Notes: a model not told the origin generated them from the letters alone. A stretch of 64,000 nucleotides of DNA from an uncultured Gemmatimonadales bacterium (GCA_963835535.1 CAWIFL010000002.1:582405-646404); one strand, 5' to 3'; positions 26,691 to 35,282 are shown, counted from the stretch's first letter. Made by a program: numbers and translations.

Positions 26691-27724
26691 TTGAGGAGGT
26701 CGCCGACCAGCTTCGAGGTGTGCGCCACGAGCGAGGCGACCTTGTCGTAGGGCATCCGCGTGGGACCCAGGACCCCGATCACGCCCGAGAGCGGACCGGA
26801 CCGGTACGGCGCGGTGACGAGCGTGAGCTTGGAGAGATGGCGGCTCTGGTTCTCGCCGCCGATCGTCACGGTGAGTCCGACCGCGTTGCTCCGCGTCTCG
26901 AGTGCCTTCCGCAGGACGTCGCGCTGCTCGGTCAACTCGATCAGCTCGCGCATCCGCTCGCCCGACGAGAACTCCGGCTGTTCCGCCAGCACGGACGTGC
27001 GGCCGAGGACGACGTCCTGCGCGTCCGCCGCGGGCACGTCGAACAGCTGGTCGCCGGTCGCGATGAAGATGTCGAGCAGATCCCCCTCGGCCGGCGTGCT
27101 CGCGCTGTCGCGCACCCGTTCCGGCAGCGTCTGGCGGATCTCGCGCAGCGTCAGGCCGCCGAGCCGCTCGTTCAGGACGACGTTGAGGCTCGTGACCGCC
27201 TCCGGGTGCAGCGTGCCGGGCACCTCGACGAAGATGGTGCGCACCACGCCGCTCTTCAGCGTGAGGACCAGCAGCAGCCGATCGTTCGAGACCGCGATCA
27301 GCTCGATCCGTTCGAGGGTGGCCGCGTCGAGCGACGGCGCCACCGCCACGCCCAGCTCCTGCGTGAGCACGCTCAGCACCTGCGCGGCCCGCCGCACGAC
27401 CGCGGAGACCGCCGAGCCCTCGGCCATGAGGTCCTCGCGCAGCCTCTCTTCCTGCCGCGGCGTGAAGGACGGGAAGCGCATCAGCGAATCCACGTAGAGG
27501 CGGTAGGCGCGGTCGGTCGGCACGCGCCCGGCCGACGTGTGCGGATGGAAGAGGAACCCCTTCTCCTCCAGGTCGCTCATCGCGTTGCGGATGGTCGCGG
27601 CGGACACGCCGAGGCCGAACCGCCGGGCCACGGTGCGGCTGCCCACCGGCTCGGCGGTCTCGACGTAGCTCAGCACGACGGCCTCGAGGACCCGCCGCTC
27701 GCGCTCGGTCAGGGATTCTTGCAT
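26687..27724 (-). CDS. hrcA: heat-inducible transcription repressor HrcA
   Basis: 345 aa: LTERERRVLEAVVLSYVETAEPVGSRTVAR...IRNAMSDLEEKGFL. ATGA overlap with the dnaJ start. Confidence 0.93.
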   Translation of the reverse strand: MQESLTERERRVLEAVVLSYVETAEPVGSRTVARRFGLGVSAATIRNAMSDLEEKGFLFHPHTSAGRVPTDRAYRLYVDSLMRFPSFTPRQEERLREDLMAEGSAVSAVVRRAAQVLSVLTQELGVAVAPSLDAATLERIELIAVSNDRLLLVLTLKSGVVRTIFVEVPGTLHPEAVTSLNVVLNERLGGLTLREIRQTLPERVRDSASTPAEGDLLDIFIATGDQLFDVPAADAQDVVLGRTSVLAEQPEFSSGERMRELIELTEQRDVLRKALETRSNAVGLTVTIGGENQSRHLSKLTLVTAPYRSGPLSGVIGVLGPTRMPYDKVASLVAHTSKLVGDLLK

Positions 27725-27751
27725 GGTCTCAAATTCAAGTCCCGCAGCAAT

Positions 27752-28924
27752 TTAGATACTGGCGACCAACTCGTCTAGGCGCAGCCAGCCCTGGGGGGTA
27801 AGACGCGCACGGGGGCACGGAGGCACGGAGGCCCGGGCGCCGCCGGAATCGGACGCACCGACGCACCGACGCACGGACGCACGGGCAGGTATTGGCTCCA
27901 CTTCCAGAACGGCCCAGCCGGCAGCTACCCAGCGCTCCAGCGTCTCGAGGAGCTTGGCCGGACAGGGATCCGGCAGCGCGATCCCGCGCCGCGTCCTCAG
28001 GCCGAGGTACAGCTGCTCCAGCCGGCGCTGGTGGTGGTTCAGGATCTCGTGCCCGGCCATCGGCGTCCTCCCCTGCTCCAGCTTCTCCTGCCACCGCACG
28101 TACGTCGGCTCGTTCCACCACCGGCTCACGCCGTCGAAGCTGTGGGCCGCGGGGCCCAGGCCGAGGTACGGCTCCAGCTGCCAGTAAGCGCGGTTGTGCA
28201 CCGCCTCCCGGCCCGCGCGCGCCGCATTCGACACTTCGTAGAACACGTACCCGGCGGCGCCGAGACATTCGTGCGCCAGCAGGTACTCCTCCTCGTAGCG
28301 CTCGTCCTCCGCGGGCGCGACGTCGCCGCGGTCCACCTGGCGGAACAGCGGCGTCCCGTGCTCGACCGTGAGCCCGTAGAGCGAGACGTGATCCGGCTCC
28401 AGCGCGATCGCCGCCTCGAGGTCGCGCCGCCAGTCGCGCCGCAGATCGGGAGGGAGCGCGAAGATCAGGTCGAGCGAGAGGTTGCCGATCCCGGCGGCGC
28501 GCGCCGTGCGCACCGCCGCGCCGATCCGGGCCGCGTCGTGGGTCCGGTGCATCCAGGCCAGCACGCGGTCGTCGAACGACTGCGCGCCGAGCGAGATGCG
28601 GTTCACGCCGGCCGTGGCCCAGGCCCGCACGCTCTCCGGGGTGACGTCCTCGGGGTTCGCCTCGAGCGTGAACTCGGCGAGGGCGGGCTCGAAGGTGAGC
28701 AGTCGCGCCAGCGCCGCGATCCCGTCGCCGCCCAGCCGCGAGGGCGTCCCGCCGCCCAGGTACAGGGTCTCGACCGCCCGCGCGCCCGTCAGCGCGACCT
28801 CGCGCCCGAGCGCGGCCAGGTACGCGGCGACCGGCACGGTGCGCCGCACCGCGATGCTGAAGTCACAGTAGGTGCAGCGCCGCCCGCAGAACGGCACGTG
28901 CACGTACAGATGGCGCGTCGTCAC
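27752..28924 (-). CDS. hemW: radical SAM heme chaperone HemW (HemN-like, oxygen-independent coproporphyrinogen oxidase family)
   Basis: GTG 28924 (VTTRHLYVHVPFCGRRCTYCDF...) carries the CxxxCxxC radical SAM motif. GTGA overlap with the dprA stop. The C-terminus carries a repeat-encoded insertion. Confidence 0.9.
   Translation of the reverse strand: MTTRHLYVHVPFCGRRCTYCDFSIAVRRTVPVAAYLAALGREVALTGARAVETLYLGGGTPSRLGGDGIAALARLLTFEPALAEFTLEANPEDVTPESVRAWATAGVNRISLGAQSFDDRVLAWMHRTHDAARIGAAVRTARAAGIGNLSLDLIFALPPDLRRDWRRDLEAAIALEPDHVSLYGLTVEHGTPLFRQVDRGDVAPAEDERYEEEYLLAHECLGAAGYVFYEVSNAARAGREAVHNRAYWQLEPYLGLGPAAHSFDGVSRWWNEPTYVRWQEKLEQGRTPMAGHEILNHHQRRLEQLYLGLRTRRGIALPDPCPAKLLETLERWVAAGWAVLEVEPIPARASVRRCVGASDSGGARASVPPCPRARLTPQGWLRLDELVASI
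27803..27887. repeat. 8-nt periodic GCACGG-type repeat array inside the 3' end of hemW
   Basis: Plus strand reads GCGCACGG GGGCACGG AGGCACGG AGGCCCGG ... ACGCACCG ACGCACCG ACGCACGG ACGCACGG. It shares GCACGGAGGCAC with 33617-33628 and GGCACGGGGGCAC with the dnaG array. Confidence 0.8.
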
Positions 28925-29904
28925 GACGCGGTGGTACTCGTCGCGCGGCGGGACCCAGCGGGCGGCGCATCGGAAGTGTCGTTCGCAGGTCGGTCCCCGT
29001 CCGGCGCCAAGACGAACTGCTTGCCCGGGAGCTGGACCGCGAGTCCCTTGAGCTCCAGCGACGAGAGCGCCGCCAGCAGGGTGCCGGCATCGAGCGCCGT
29101 GCGCTCCGCGATCTCGTCCACGTGCACCGGCTGGGCCGCCAGCAGGTCGAACACCTTCGCTTCCGCGTCGAGCAGGTCCGGCTCGGCGGCGAAGGCCAGC
29201 TCCACCTGTGCCGCCAGCTCGCGCCGCTCCCGCGCCTCGATCGCGTCGCCTTGGATCCCGTACGCGTCGAACAGGTCCTCGGGGCCGCGGTACACCGTCG
29301 CCCCTTCGCTGATGAGCTTGTTGGGGCTCTCCGCCGTCGCCTCGTCGATCCGGCCGGGCACGGCCAGAACGTGTTTGCCCAGGTTCAGCATCCAGCGCGC
29401 GGTGTTGCTCGTGCCCCCCGCGACCTTCCCTTCCACGACCAGCAGGTACTCCACCAGCCCCGCGATGATCCGGTTGCGGCGGGGGAAATGCTCCGGCCAC
29501 GGGCGGGTGCCCGGCTCCATCTCGCTCAACAGGAGCCCCTTCCCGCGCACTTCGTCGTAGAGATCGCGGTTGCTCAGCGGGTAGCAGACGTCCACGCCGC
29601 CGCCCAGGACGGCGATGGTCCTCCCGCCGGCGTCGAGCGCGCCGCGGTGCGCGCGGGCGTCGAGGCCGCGGGCGAGTCCGCTCACGACCACGAGCGCGGC
29701 CCGCGCCGCCGCCTTCGCGGCGTCGTAGGTGACACGGATGCCGTACGATGAAGGGTGGCGGCTCCCGACGATGCCGACGCGCCGTCCCTCGAGCATCCCG
29801 AGGTCGCCGAGGGCGTAGAGGCGCTCCGGTGGCTTCTCGACCAGCAGGACCGACTTGGGGAAGCACGGGTGGTCCCGCTCGAGGACCTGGATCTCCCCGT
29901 TCAC
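28921..29904 (-). CDS. dprA: DNA-processing protein DprA
   Basis: GTG 29904 (VNGEIQVLERDHPCFP...). Rossmann-like DprA core (GIVGSRHPSSYG, VVSGLARGLDARAH, FPRRNRIIAGL) and a C-terminal winged-helix-like region. GTGA overlap with the obg stop. Confidence 0.88.
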   Translation of the reverse strand: MNGEIQVLERDHPCFPKSVLLVEKPPERLYALGDLGMLEGRRVGIVGSRHPSSYGIRVTYDAAKAAARAALVVVSGLARGLDARAHRGALDAGGRTIAVLGGGVDVCYPLSNRDLYDEVRGKGLLLSEMEPGTRPWPEHFPRRNRIIAGLVEYLLVVEGKVAGGTSNTARWMLNLGKHVLAVPGRIDEATAESPNKLISEGATVYRGPEDLFDAYGIQGDAIEARERRELAAQVELAFAAEPDLLDAEAKVFDLLAAQPVHVDEIAERTALDAGTLLAALSSLELKGLAVQLPGKQFVLAPDGDRPANDTSDAPPAGSRRATSTTAS

Positions 29905-30905
29905 GAAGGCGCCTCGGCCTCCCGCCGCACCTCGGCCAGCCGCTGCCAGAGCGAGCCGAGGAAGTGCTCGAGCCCCTGGCGCGACAAGGACGAGATGACG
30001 AACAGAGGCACGTCGCCGGGCAGCGCGAGCGTGTCCGCCGGGGAGACCGCCCGCACCAGGTCGGCCTTCGTGATGGCGATGACGTGCGGCTTCGCGGCCA
30101 GGGCCGGAGAGAACGCTTCCACCTCGCGCCGCAACACCGCGTAGGCTTCGGCGAAGGGCTGAGCGTCCACAGGAAGCATGTACACCAGCAGACGCGTGCG
30201 CTCGATGTGGCGGAGGAACTTGAGGCCCAGCCCCTTGCCGTGGTGCGCTCCCTCGATGATCCCCGGGATGTCGGCGATCACGAAGCTGCGGTGGTCGCTC
30301 AGCTGTACGACGCCGAGGTTGGGCTCGAGCGTCGTGAACGGATAATCCGCGATCTTCGGCCGCGCGGCGGTCACGGCCGCCAGGAGCGTGCTCTTGCCGG
30401 CGTTCGGCTGGCCGAGCAGGCCGACGTCGGCGATGAGCTTCAGCGTCAGCTCGATCTTCCTCCGCTCGCCGTCCTCGCCCGGCTGGTACTCGTGCGGCGT
30501 CTGATGGGTCGGCGTCGCGAAGTGCTGGTTGCCGTAGCCACCCCTGCCCCCCTGCGCGACGAGCATGCGCTCGCCCGGGCGCACGACCTCGCCCAGCATC
30601 TCGCCGGTCGCCGCGTCGCGCACCTCCGTCCCGCACGGCACCGGCAGCACGAGGTCCTCGGCCGAGCGCCCCGACTGCTGCGAGGGACCGCCCGGCTGGC
30701 CCGAGTCGGCCTCCCATTTCGGTCTGTAGGTGTAGTCGAGCAGGGTCCAGAGCTGCGGATCGGCGCGCAGGTACACGCTCCCACCGCGCCCGCCGTCCCC
30801 GCCGGAGGGACCGCCCTTGGGGACGCGACTCTCCCGCCGGAACGCGGTCATTCCGGAGCCGCCGTTCCCGGCGGTCACGTCGACGAGGACCTGGTCGATG
30901 AACAT
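29901..30905 (-). CDS. obgE: GTPase Obg
   Basis: 334 aa with a glycine-rich Obg fold (GGDGGRGG), G1 GQPNAGKST and DIPGIIEGA. Confidence 0.95.
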   Translation of the reverse strand: MFIDQVLVDVTAGNGGSGMTAFRRESRVPKGGPSGGDGGRGGSVYLRADPQLWTLLDYTYRPKWEADSGQPGGPSQQSGRSAEDLVLPVPCGTEVRDAATGEMLGEVVRPGERMLVAQGGRGGYGNQHFATPTHQTPHEYQPGEDGERRKIELTLKLIADVGLLGQPNAGKSTLLAAVTAARPKIADYPFTTLEPNLGVVQLSDHRSFVIADIPGIIEGAHHGKGLGLKFLRHIERTRLLVYMLPVDAQPFAEAYAVLRREVEAFSPALAAKPHVIAITKADLVRAVSPADTLALPGDVPLFVISSLSRQGLEHFLGSLWQRLAEVRREAEAPS

Positions 30906-30907
30906 CG

Positions 30908-31540
30908 TCAGTCGTGGACGAGAGTGTCCTTGAGCTCCTGCCAGAGGCTGCGGGCGACCTCGAGGTTGCGCGAGCGCACCGGCAGCGCGGTGGCGACGTT
31001 CAGGACTTCATCCACCTGCTCGGCGGTCGCCCCGGCGTTGAGCGCGCCGCTCAGATGCGAAAGGAGCTGGCGCTGGACGCCCTGCGGCACCAGCATCGCG
31101 ACCGAGCACAGCTCGCGGTGCAGGAGGTCGAGACCGCCGCGGCTCAGCGTCTTCCCGTATCCGTCCACGACCATCCACTGGTCGAGCGCGGGGTGTAGCG
31201 CGTGGATGTTGTGCCGCAGCTGCTCGTAGTGCTTCCCGTAGACCTTGCGGCAGGTCGCCTCGCCCCGCGCCAGCCATTCCTGCCACCCCGCGTAGTCGGA
31301 CGGCTCGCTCCCCGGCGCTGCTTCGGGTTCGAGCCGCCGATAGACCGACCACGCGACGATGGCGCGCGGGAAGCCGATGTAGAGCACGCTCGCGAGGAGC
31401 AGCTCCTCCAGCCAGAGCGCCGGCGTGCCTTCCTCACGCGCCCGGCGCATCCAGTCGCCCAGCTCGTTCTCGGCGGCGTGCGGCAGCAGCAGCGCCACGC
31501 GCAGCAGTCCCTGCGTCGGAGAGTCGAGCACGGCGGTCAC
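30908..31540 (-). CDS. carboxymuconolactone decarboxylase (AhpD-like) family protein
   Basis: GTG 31540 (VTAVLDSPTQGLL...). CMD-like helical pattern (HRELCSVAMLVPQGVQRQLLSHLSGALNAGATAEQVDEVL). Confidence 0.65.
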   Translation of the reverse strand: MTAVLDSPTQGLLRVALLLPHAAENELGDWMRRAREEGTPALWLEELLLASVLYIGFPRAIVAWSVYRRLEPEAAPGSEPSDYAGWQEWLARGEATCRKVYGKHYEQLRHNIHALHPALDQWMVVDGYGKTLSRGGLDLLHRELCSVAMLVPQGVQRQLLSHLSGALNAGATAEQVDEVLNVATALPVRSRNLEVARSLWQELKDTLVHD

Positions 31541-31589
31541 GGTACGCGCTCCGGGACGGCAGCCGTCACCGTTCGGTTGCAGCTGTGCT

Positions 31590-32636
31590 TCATCGGGCGC
31601 GCTCCAGGGAAACGCGGGCCTCCAGGTGGCCCACTTCCTCGCCCAAGGTGTTCTTGATCCGCGGCGAACGGAAGGAGTCCGCCACGCGCACGGCGCCGGG
31701 CGCCAGGATCTCCAGGAAGGCGAGCAGGGCCGGCCGCGCGGCATCCATGTCGCCGTCCTCCACCTTCATCGCCAGGCCGAGGCGCGCGCCCGGAAGCGCC
31801 GCGCAGTAGACGCCGTCGGCGCCGACCTTGGTGATGACCGCGCCGCGGGAGGAAGCGATGACTTCGGTGCAGAGGCGGCCGGTGCCGGCGATCAGGAATG
31901 GCTCTGCAGTCACGGCGCGGATGACACGGAGGGCCGCGCGGGAGGGGTTAGGGGCTAGGGAGTAAGGATTAGGGCCCGCCGCGCCGACTTCCCTAACCCC
32001 TAACCCCTCACCCCTAGCCCCTAGTCGTGCATACGCCAGCGCCATGTTGCGCAGAGGCAGCGCGTAGGAGACCACGCCGCACCCATCCGTGCCCTGCCCG
32101 ATCTTGTCTTCGGCCACGCCCGTCCACGCCGCCACTTCCTCGAGCAGGCGCCGCTGGACCGGATGCTCCGCCTTCCGGTAGTTCGCCGTCGGCCAGCCGT
32201 GATGGCGCGCGAGCGCGAGCATCGCGGCGTGCTTCCCCGAGCAGTTGCTGTGGAGCTTGCGCGGCTTCTCACCGCGGCCGGCCATCTCGCGCGCGATGGT
32301 GGGCGAGAGCGACGGATGGGGGCCGCATTCCAGGTCCTGCTCCGCGCAGCCGGCTTTCTCGAGCAGGCTCTGGGCGACGGCGAGGTGGCGCGGCTCCCCG
32401 TTGTGCGAGGCGCAGGCGAGCGCGATCTCGGCGTCCGTAATGCCGAGCGCGTCGGCGCCGCCCTCCTCGATCAGTGGCAGGACCTGGATCAGCTTGGCGC
32501 ACGAGCGCCAGTACGTCACCAGATCGCTGTCGCCCGTCGCGCTCACGAGCCTTCCGTCCGCATCCACGACGGCGGCGGAAACCCGATGGCGCGACTCGAC
32601 AATGTGGCCGCGGATGGCGTCTACGGTGGATGTCAC
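31590..32636 (-). CDS. asparaginase II family protein (PF06089-like) carrying an in-frame repeat insertion
   Basis: 348 aa: RSCAKLIQVLP, ASHNGEPRH, SNCSGKHAAML, GTDGCGV, TKVGADGVY, LAMKVEDG. Confidence 0.85.
   Translation of the reverse strand: MTSTVDAIRGHIVESRHRVSAAVVDADGRLVSATGDSDLVTYWRSCAKLIQVLPLIEEGGADALGITDAEIALACASHNGEPRHLAVAQSLLEKAGCAEQDLECGPHPSLSPTIAREMAGRGEKPRKLHSNCSGKHAAMLALARHHGWPTANYRKAEHPVQRRLLEEVAAWTGVAEDKIGQGTDGCGVVSYALPLRNMALAYARLGARGEGLGVREVGAAGPNPYSLAPNPSRAALRVIRAVTAEPFLIAGTGRLCTEVIASSRGAVITKVGADGVYCAALPGARLGLAMKVEDGDMDAARPALLAFLEILAPGAVRVADSFRSPRIKNTLGEEVGHLEARVSLERAR
31941..32024. repeat. 84-nt heptamer dyad element (NTAGGGG-type units, 16-nt spacer, inverted units) inside the asparaginase CDS
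   Basis: Left arm 31941-31974 is GGAGGGGTTAGGGGCTAGGGAGTAAGGATTAGGG. Right arm 31991-32024 is CCCTAACCCCTAACCCCTCACCCCTAGCCCCTAG. By hand, 24 of 34 positions are complementary. Confidence 0.9.
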
Positions 32637-32685
32637 GGGGGCGAAAGCTAACCGGTCGGCTGGGCTGAGCGAGCCCGGACTCGCC

Positions 32686-33600
32686 TCACGCCGACGGCGA
32701 ACTGTGGGCCGGCGCGGAGTCTCCGCCGGCGCCTGCCAGGGCCAGGGCGATGCCTCCCAGGGCCAGGACGCCCCCCGTGACAGCCCCGAGGCCGGGCGGT
32801 TCGGCGATGGCCGGCAGGAGCCAGGCGAGAAGCGTGGCGCCCACCGGCTCGCCCAGGGCGGCCACGTTGACCGTGTAGGCCGGGAGGTAGCGCAGGGCGT
32901 AGTTGAGGCCGCCGTGGCCCACGAGCATCGGGCCCGCGGCCAGGGCGGCGAAGATGAGCCAGTCCTTCGCCGGGTAGGCCACGAACGCCTGGTGGAGGCC
33001 CGCTGCCCAGACGAGCAGAACGGCCGCCGCGACGCCGTAGACTGGGGTGATGTAGGCGACGAGTCCGAGGTCGGCGCGGAGCCGGCGGCCGATGACGAAG
33101 TACGCGCCTCCGAAGGCTGCTCCGGCCAGGGCGAGCAGGTCCCCGATCAGAGCGCCGCGGCCCGCGCGGCTGGCGTCGCCCAGGGCGATGACGGCGGCGC
33201 CGACGATGGCGAGGACGATCCCGAACGCCTGGCGGCGGGCGGGGCGCTCGCCGAGGAAGATGCGGGAGAAGACCCAGGCGAAGACGGGTGAGAGCGAGAC
33301 CAGGACGGCGGAGGCTGCGACACTGGTGAGGCGCAGCGACGTGATCCAGGAAGCGAAGTGGAGTGCGAGTGCCACGCCCGCGACGGCGGCGATGCGTCGC
33401 TCGGGGCCGCCGAGCCTCGCCCACTCACGGCGCGCCGGGGAAACCGCGAGCGCGGGAGCGAGGAGGAGGGTCGCGAAGGTGAGCCGCCAGGCGGCGATGG
33501 CCAGGGGCGGCGCGGCGCTGAGCCGGATGAGGGGCGCGGCCCACGACATCGCCACGACCGCGATGGCCATCACGAGGAGCGGATGTGGCCGCTTCGGCAC
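32686..33600 (-). CDS. EamA/DMT-family transporter
   Basis: C-terminal about 304 aa of ORF 32686..35202, with about 10 predicted TM helices and duplicated EamA-like halves. The start is GTG 33600 (VPKRPHPLLVMAIAVV) or the ATG 10 codons downstream. Confidence 0.8.
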   Translation of the reverse strand: MPKRPHPLLVMAIAVVAMSWAAPLIRLSAAPPLAIAAWRLTFATLLLAPALAVSPARREWARLGGPERRIAAVAGVALALHFASWITSLRLTSVAASAVLVSLSPVFAWVFSRIFLGERPARRQAFGIVLAIVGAAVIALGDASRAGRGALIGDLLALAGAAFGGAYFVIGRRLRADLGLVAYITPVYGVAAAVLLVWAAGLHQAFVAYPAKDWLIFAALAAGPMLVGHGGLNYALRYLPAYTVNVAALGEPVGATLLAWLLPAIAEPPGLGAVTGGVLALGGIALALAGAGGDSAPAHSSPSA

Positions 33601-33612
33601 GGGGCCAATATA

Positions 33613-33659
33613 GGACGCACGGAGGCACAGGCGCACGGGCGGACGGGCCGGACGCCCGG
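33613..33659. repeat. GCACGG-type octamer array in the divergent eamA/wzi intergenic region
   Basis: GGACGCACGGAGGCACAGGCGCACGGGCGGACGGGCCGGACGCCCGG, bracketed by AATATA (33607-33612) and TATATT (33660-33665). Confidence 0.75.
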
Positions 33660-33672
33660 TATATTCGGCGAC

Positions 33673-35214
33673 ATGCGACGATGCCTCCTGGCGGCGCTCC
33701 TGTCTCTTACGGCTGCCGCCCCGCTTGCGGCGCAGGCGCCGGAGAGCAACCTCTACCTTCCGATCACCTCCTGGGCGACGCCCTATGTGGAGCAGCTGAT
33801 CCGCGCCGGCGTGCTCCGGGGGCTCGACCCGCTCACGCGGCCCCTGAGACGCGCGGACGTGGCGCGGGCCGTGGCCAGGGCGGACACGACGCGCCTGGCG
33901 GAGTCGGTGAAAAGCAGCCTGCGGCTGCTGGCCTGGGAGCTGTCTGAGCGTCCGGACACGGTGCGATGGAAGATCGACGGCGGCGTGGGACTCACGGCCG
34001 CATCCGATGCCAGCCGGTGGCCCGACCGGCCATCGCGCGACTCCACGGGCCTCTACCCGCGCGGTGACCTGGAGATGTCGCTGGAGGTACCGCACGCGGC
34101 CTTCGTGACGCATCCGTACTTCGACAACCGGCTCAAGTACGACCCCGAGTACATCGGGCGAAAGGACCAGCCCATCGCGGGGCGAACGGACGAGGCGTAC
34201 GGCATCGCTTCGTGGAAGTACTTTGCGGTGTTCTTCGGCATGGTCGACCGGAACTGGGGGCCGCCCGAGACGCAGGGGCTGATCCTCTCCAACGCTCCAT
34301 ACTCCTACGACCACTTGTTTCTGCGACTCGGCCCCCAGCGCTTCAGACTGGAGATGGTCGCAACCCAGCTCAACAGCCTTCCCGGCTGGGGGCAGACTGT
34401 TCCACAGCACCGTTTCCTCTCGGCGCACCGCCTGGTGGTGATTCCGTCCGACCGGTTCGCGTTCTCGCTTTCGGAGGCCGAGCTGTACGCCGACACCGCC
34501 AGCCTCGGGCGGTCGTTCGAGCCGTGGTACCTCAATCCGCTCGGTCTGTGGACGTTGGTCCAATACCAGAACAGGCCGGTCGGGAACGCGCTGATCGGCG
34601 CGGACGCGTCGTATCAGATCTCGCGCGCGGTCCGCCTGGCTGCGCAGATCTACGCCGACGACATCCAGACGAGTCGAAACAACCAGCACGACAAGAAGCC
34701 GGAGGAGCTCGGCTACACCTTCTCCGCCACCGGCGGCGCCCTGCGGGGCCGATGGAGCTGGTCGGCGCTGTACACGCGGGTCGACGCACTCGACTACCGG
34801 ACCGAGGTCAACCAGGAGCAGTACTCGAGCGACAGCGTGGGCCTGGCCCGGAACCACAGCGACTACGACCAGTGGACTTTCCGCGCCACCACGGCACCCG
34901 CTCCGCGGGCACTCGTAGCCGGCGAGATCACCTACATCAGGCAGGGGCAGGGCGACTTCCGAAAGCCGTATCCTCCCGACTCGGCGTTTTCCGATTCGCT
35001 CGTTTTCCTCACGGGGGTGGTGGAACGGACGCTGCGTCTCGCCGTGCAGGCGAATTGGACGCCGGTGCCAGGGATCAACCTGAGCACCGACATCGGCCGC
35101 CACTTCATCTGGAACGCGAACCACGTGCAGGGCGTGCGTGGCGACCGCTGGGTGTGGCGAATCAAGGCCGAGATCCGGCACCGGATCAGCGGCGGGATCC
35201 ACTGGGGGGACTGA
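33673..35214 (+). CDS. wzi: capsule assembly Wzi-family outer-membrane protein
   Basis: ATG 33673 begins a signal peptide (MRRCLLAALLSLTAAAPLAAQA). N-terminal helical motif (PYVEQLIRAGVLRGLDPLTRPLRRADVARAV), then an aromatic-rich beta-barrel-like sequence. Confidence 0.68.
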   Translation: MRRCLLAALLSLTAAAPLAAQAPESNLYLPITSWATPYVEQLIRAGVLRGLDPLTRPLRRADVARAVARADTTRLAESVKSSLRLLAWELSERPDTVRWKIDGGVGLTAASDASRWPDRPSRDSTGLYPRGDLEMSLEVPHAAFVTHPYFDNRLKYDPEYIGRKDQPIAGRTDEAYGIASWKYFAVFFGMVDRNWGPPETQGLILSNAPYSYDHLFLRLGPQRFRLEMVATQLNSLPGWGQTVPQHRFLSAHRLVVIPSDRFAFSLSEAELYADTASLGRSFEPWYLNPLGLWTLVQYQNRPVGNALIGADASYQISRAVRLAAQIYADDIQTSRNNQHDKKPEELGYTFSATGGALRGRWSWSALYTRVDALDYRTEVNQEQYSSDSVGLARNHSDYDQWTFRATTAPAPRALVAGEITYIRQGQGDFRKPYPPDSAFSDSLVFLTGVVERTLRLAVQANWTPVPGINLSTDIGRHFIWNANHVQGVRGDRWVWRIKAEIRHRISGGIHWGD

Positions 35215-35282
35215 CGGCGGACGCGAGCACGGAGCTTCGCGCCCGGCTGAGTGGGGGCACGAGCGACGCCGCGATCTACGCC

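Noticed and set aside
27725-27760. CIRCE operator upstream of hrcA.
   Set aside because: The AT-rich inverted repeat TCTCAAATT-N13-AATTTAGA does not match TTAGCACTC-N9-GAGTGCTAA. It overlaps the hemW stop codon and probably reflects the stop/spacer region.
31941-32024. Telomere-like TTAGGG(G) repeats as evidence of a linear replicon end or eukaryotic contamination.
   Set aside because: The array is internal, only 4-5 units per arm, arranged as a dyad, and translated in frame inside a bacterial gene with bacterial genes on both sides.
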